From assembly GCA_977862235.1 (NCBI GenBank), contig OZ374560.1:1364001-1428000 (forward strand): DNA of 64,000 nt, written 5' to 3'. The position numbers were made by a program, and so were the translations under genes. Of this stretch, positions 60,217-64,000 are shown piece by piece. The stretch comes from Dudresnaya verticillata. Lineage: Eukaryota. Numbering within the stretch: the first letter of the stretch is position 1; every line of letters starts with the position of its first letter. The notes beneath the pieces were generated by a model. The model saw nothing but the letters and a program-made list of their open reading frames with translations, was not told where the DNA came from and did no database searches.

Positions 60217-63200
60217 TGAATAACTTGGCTTGCACAAGCCGTTCATGTCACGAGGCTCATCGTACAAATGCGTAACTTGGCTTGTACAGCCGTTTCTGGC
60301 TTGTCGTTCAAACGCTTATACAAGCTGATATTTGTTCTTCTGTTCAATGGAATACTGTTCTATTGAAGCGTTACATTGTTACGGTTAACTTTCTCTTATG
60401 GCAGTTCACGGTATTATGTGCAGTGTTCTGTTTATGTTTCTTTGAGTCTTTTTGCATAGTTTGAATAGCTTTCGTAGTACTTTGGTCTATTCATATTGAC
60501 CAAAGCTCGTACTTCGGATGACCCAGCCATCGAAAAACACACACACACTCAACATCAATTGACTGCTTCCTTTACCACTTGCAACACTCTACATCCACTG
60601 TTCTAGCCTGTTTTCCTGCCGCTGCACCCGTCAATGTATTAGTTCTGGGCCCAGAACTGCCTTCGCGCCCGAAGTTCTCCTGGACACTGAAGGACGCTCC
60701 ATGGACTGATGGTCGTGGTACTCAAGAGGCGTACCTTGACGCCGTCAAGCTATGGAAGTCATTTCGAGACAGGCTCCCTGACATGAATAGCAACAAAATT
60801 CCTGCTTCTCTTCAAGGGATTGTGTTACAGTCACAGCTATATGGTCGCGCGCAGGACCTAGTCAAAAAACGTTCTACGTATGTTATTCAAAGTGAAGATG
60901 GTGCTCTTGCCATAGCAAAGGCACTACACAAGGATGATCCCCTCGCGGTTGTACATGACGTCTTCCACAAATTTATGTCTGTTTTAAATACAACGCGTGG
61001 TGAGAATGAAGGATTCAAGAACTTCGAGCAGCGCTTTGATGCGCAGTTGAGCCGTTTTAATGCTTCTGCTTCATCAGCCGAGCTACCGGAATCTCTTAGT
61101 TCTTTCTTGCTCTTGGCGAATTCTCGTCTGGACTCGAATCAGCGTGTTTCGATCCTTGCAGCTACTTCTACACGCACGTCTGCAAGAAATGATGCAGAGC
61201 CAATTTTGGACAGTATCAAGTATGAAGAAACGGCTTCCATCTTGCGTACATGTGACAAGCCTCGAGAGGTCCGCAATACTAGTACTGCGTTATCAGGAAA
61301 CAGTGGCTTTACCGGCTCTCGTTCGAAGGTTAAACGGGGTTATCGAAAACCTATACGTGAGATGACGCCTGAAGAGATTGCTGATTTGAAGAAACGTTGT
61401 ACGTGCCGAGCATGCAAGCAAAAAGGTCATTGGGAGGGAGATGCGGAGTGCTCAAAATCAAAGTCAGACGACACACAGCAAAAATCACTGCGTTTGTTAC
61501 CCTAAGGACTGGTTCGATGTTCTGGACCAACCCCCGTGCTGTTTTATCAATTGACAGACGCGCAAAAACTGTCACTGTTCCAGGAACTACAGGTCGTACC
61601 TTATCTGCTGCTGGCGAAGACATCCGACCTGCACTACCTAGCAGTGCTGATTTTTCAACCTTAATTCAAGAGGCTATTGATGCCTGTTCTGAAGAGCTAC
61701 TGGACACATTTGACCAGATGGTCGCCGATAATGATGACGACACTGTGGATACATACCACATAAATGGGAATCAAGATGATGGTAACTTTGAAGACGAAGA
61801 TGATGTTTCGGACGGGTACGGTGTTACAGAATCTCCTGTTGTAGGAGATGATGAACGTGCTACAGTACAAGAAGCCACTATTGACAATTATGAAGATACA
61901 GGCACAGTTATTGCCGATGAAGATTTGACATACACGCCTGGTTCTGTTTCTGGTTGTGTTGGTGCCCGGGAAATTAATTCTTTTTCCCCACCCATTGATG
62001 ATAGTGAAAAACAGATGGTCACTAGGTCACAAGGTGGAGCAGCAAATGCTGCTGACATCGTGTTGCAGCCTGGTCAATCACTCAGCCGTTCGGAGCAGTT
62101 GCTCTTGGAACAATACTATGACAGGTTTGGCTCTAAAGAATTCCTTCTTTATGACGCTCAAGGGTTGCCCCCATCCGTTACGCAAAATGCGTACATTACA
62201 GAAGAAGAGAGCTTTCTCGCTACCTGCGACACAGTTCCAGTTTCCAAGGTTCCACGCGATGCAAACATAATAACAAGCCATGTTTTATATAAGATCAAGG
62301 TTCAAGATGATGGCTTCAAGAGATGCAAAGCAAGAATTGCCCCGCATGGTAACAAAGACAGAGAGCGAGGTAACCTTAAAACGGATTCAGCCTCGTGTCC
62401 TCCCCTAGGCTTCCGCATTTTGCTTTCAGTAGCCACCCTTTTTTGCTGGTGCTTAACCAAAATTGACGTTAAGAGTGCATTTCCTCAGTCAGGCCCGGCC
62501 ATGCGCGATGTTTATGTCATTCCACCCCGGGAATGCATGAAGAAGTCACTATTCTGGTTACTACTCGCTGCTAGTTATGGTCTGGTAAATGCCAATGCAA
62601 AATGGCAGCATCACTCGGATTCTACCCTTTTTGAACTTGGGCTGAAGGCAGTTTTCCATCTCCCTCAACTGTTCTACCTGGTAAGAGATGGTGCGCTCGT
62701 GCTTTTGATAGCAAAGGTGGTTGATGACCTTCTAGTTACAGGTACAAAAGAAGCAAAGAAGTGGTTTATTGATGAGCTATCAAAAATATACACTCTTGGA
62801 ACTATTGTACACCTCCCTGGTATGTTTTCCTTTTTTGGGCTTACCATAACACAAGATGATGAAAGGAAAATAACAATATGTGCTGATGATAAGTTGGAGA
62901 GGCTGACTGCTCATACGCTGAGCCGGGTTCTCAGAAGGCAAGGTGATTCAGTCTTGAACTCTATTGAGAAATTCCAGTTTGGATCAATGAATGGTTCCTT
63001 TGGATTCCTTGGACAGAATGTGAGTCCGTTTGCCGCGTTCTCTTCTAGTTTCATGCAGCAAAGAAGAAGCTATCCTACAGTACATGACATGATTCGTTAG
63101 GATGGGTTGCTGAGGAGACTAAAAAGGATGGGGACGTTATCGCGTTTCTGTACTCCAGCATCAGGGGACTTCCCTGTAAGTGTCGCAATATTTTCTGATG

Positions 63201-64000
63201 CGGCTCGACCAACAACGCATGGACAGCTTGGATATATTGTCGGTTTGTTAATTGGGGAGCTTAAAACAGGATCCTTCTTTCACGTTTTAGGTTGGCGCTC
63301 ACACCTATCAAGACGACCCGCCAAGTCTAGTGCTGCTGCTGAAGTTATGGCGGCAAGTGAAGCAATCGATGATGGCAAGGCAATTGCTGCTATCTTCTCT
63401 ATACTATTGCAAGGTGCAGTCCATTTAAGTCTCATTGTGGACTCCAAAGACTTATTTACTTCCCTTTCAACGTGCAAAACTCCTCAGGACAAGTCTATTA
63501 GTGCAGATGTCCAGCTAATCCGCTACAACTTCGAGACGCATGCTCTTAACAGCGTTGTCTGGATTCCAGGAAAACTTAATTTTGCGGATGTTCTTACAAA
63601 GGTAGACAGCCCTTTGTCTGAGCGTCTTCAGCTACTGATGTTTGATGGAAAGGTCCCTTTTGATTTCACGGAATCTGAAGCAAGAACATCGAACCAGTCC
63701 TTAGGGTAACAAACTCAAAAGAGGACGAGTGAATAACTTGGCTTGCACAAGCCGTTCAGGTCACGAGGCTCATCGTACAGATGCGTAACTTGGCTTGTAG
63801 AGCCGTTTCTGGCTTGTCGTTCAAACGCTTATACAAGCTGATATTTGTTCTTCTGTTCAATGGAATACTGTTCTATTGAAGTGTTACATTGTTACGGTTA
63901 ACTTTCTCTTATGGCAGTTCACGGTATTATGTGCAGTGTTCTGTTTATGTTTCTTTGAGTCTTTTTGCATAGTTTGAATAGCTTTCGTAGTACTTTGGTC
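60217..64000 (+). mobile_element. Ty1/Copia LTR retrotransposon, internally deleted; the 3' LTR runs off the window
   Basis: 277-bp LTR 60217-60493 (TGAATA..TATTCA) repeated from 63730 with ~4 mismatches; PPT AAAAGAGGACGAG at 63717-63729. Confidence 0.9.
60579..63709 (+). pseudogene. Copia Gag + RT + RNase H, with protease and integrase missing
   Basis: Zn knuckle CRACKQKGHW..C; RT KARIAPHG, IDVKSAF, YGL and VVDD; stop at 63098-63100; RNase H FSDA/AAE/DSK/NFADVLTK. Confidence 0.85.

Overview
Eukaryotic genomic DNA, most likely a red macroalga; this is inferred from intron-poor genes, a GTAAGT/CTAAC/TAG intron, chromodomain Ty3/Gypsy elements and an atypical Copia. Bases 1-12.8 kb are a host gene block: two inverted paralogous flavin-reductase-like Rossmann proteins flank a stand-alone fungal-Egt1-type sulfoxide synthase and two secreted trypsin-like proteases. 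Bases 13.6-59 kb are one nest of transposons that can be resolved from target-site duplications (TSDs). Solo LTR A (13638-59000, TSD GATAG) contains solo LTR B (13834-58326). B contains chromovirus Gypsy-1 (13840-22942, TSD GTGGT) and Gypsy-2 (23746-58280, TSD ACAGT). The Gypsy-2 integrase is split by an 18.3-kb DNA transposon with long terminal inverted repeats (TIRs; 31159-49446, TSD GAGC). That giant element is the most notable system. It carries a Sola/DUF7869-type DDE transposase and a ~980-aa ParB/Srx + beta-class N6A/N4C DNA methyltransferase (DPPY), and the two proteins share a homologous ~90-aa domain. It also carries tightly coupled small coiled-coil ORFs and captured host gene fragments. 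Other notable signals: ~40 copies of a CCGTNRCGG quasi-palindrome across Gypsy-1, central polypurine tracts in both Gypsies, and a tandemly duplicated 768-aa antisense ORF in Gypsy-2. An internally deleted Copia starts at 60217. All family assignments come from motif recognition by eye; no searches were run.
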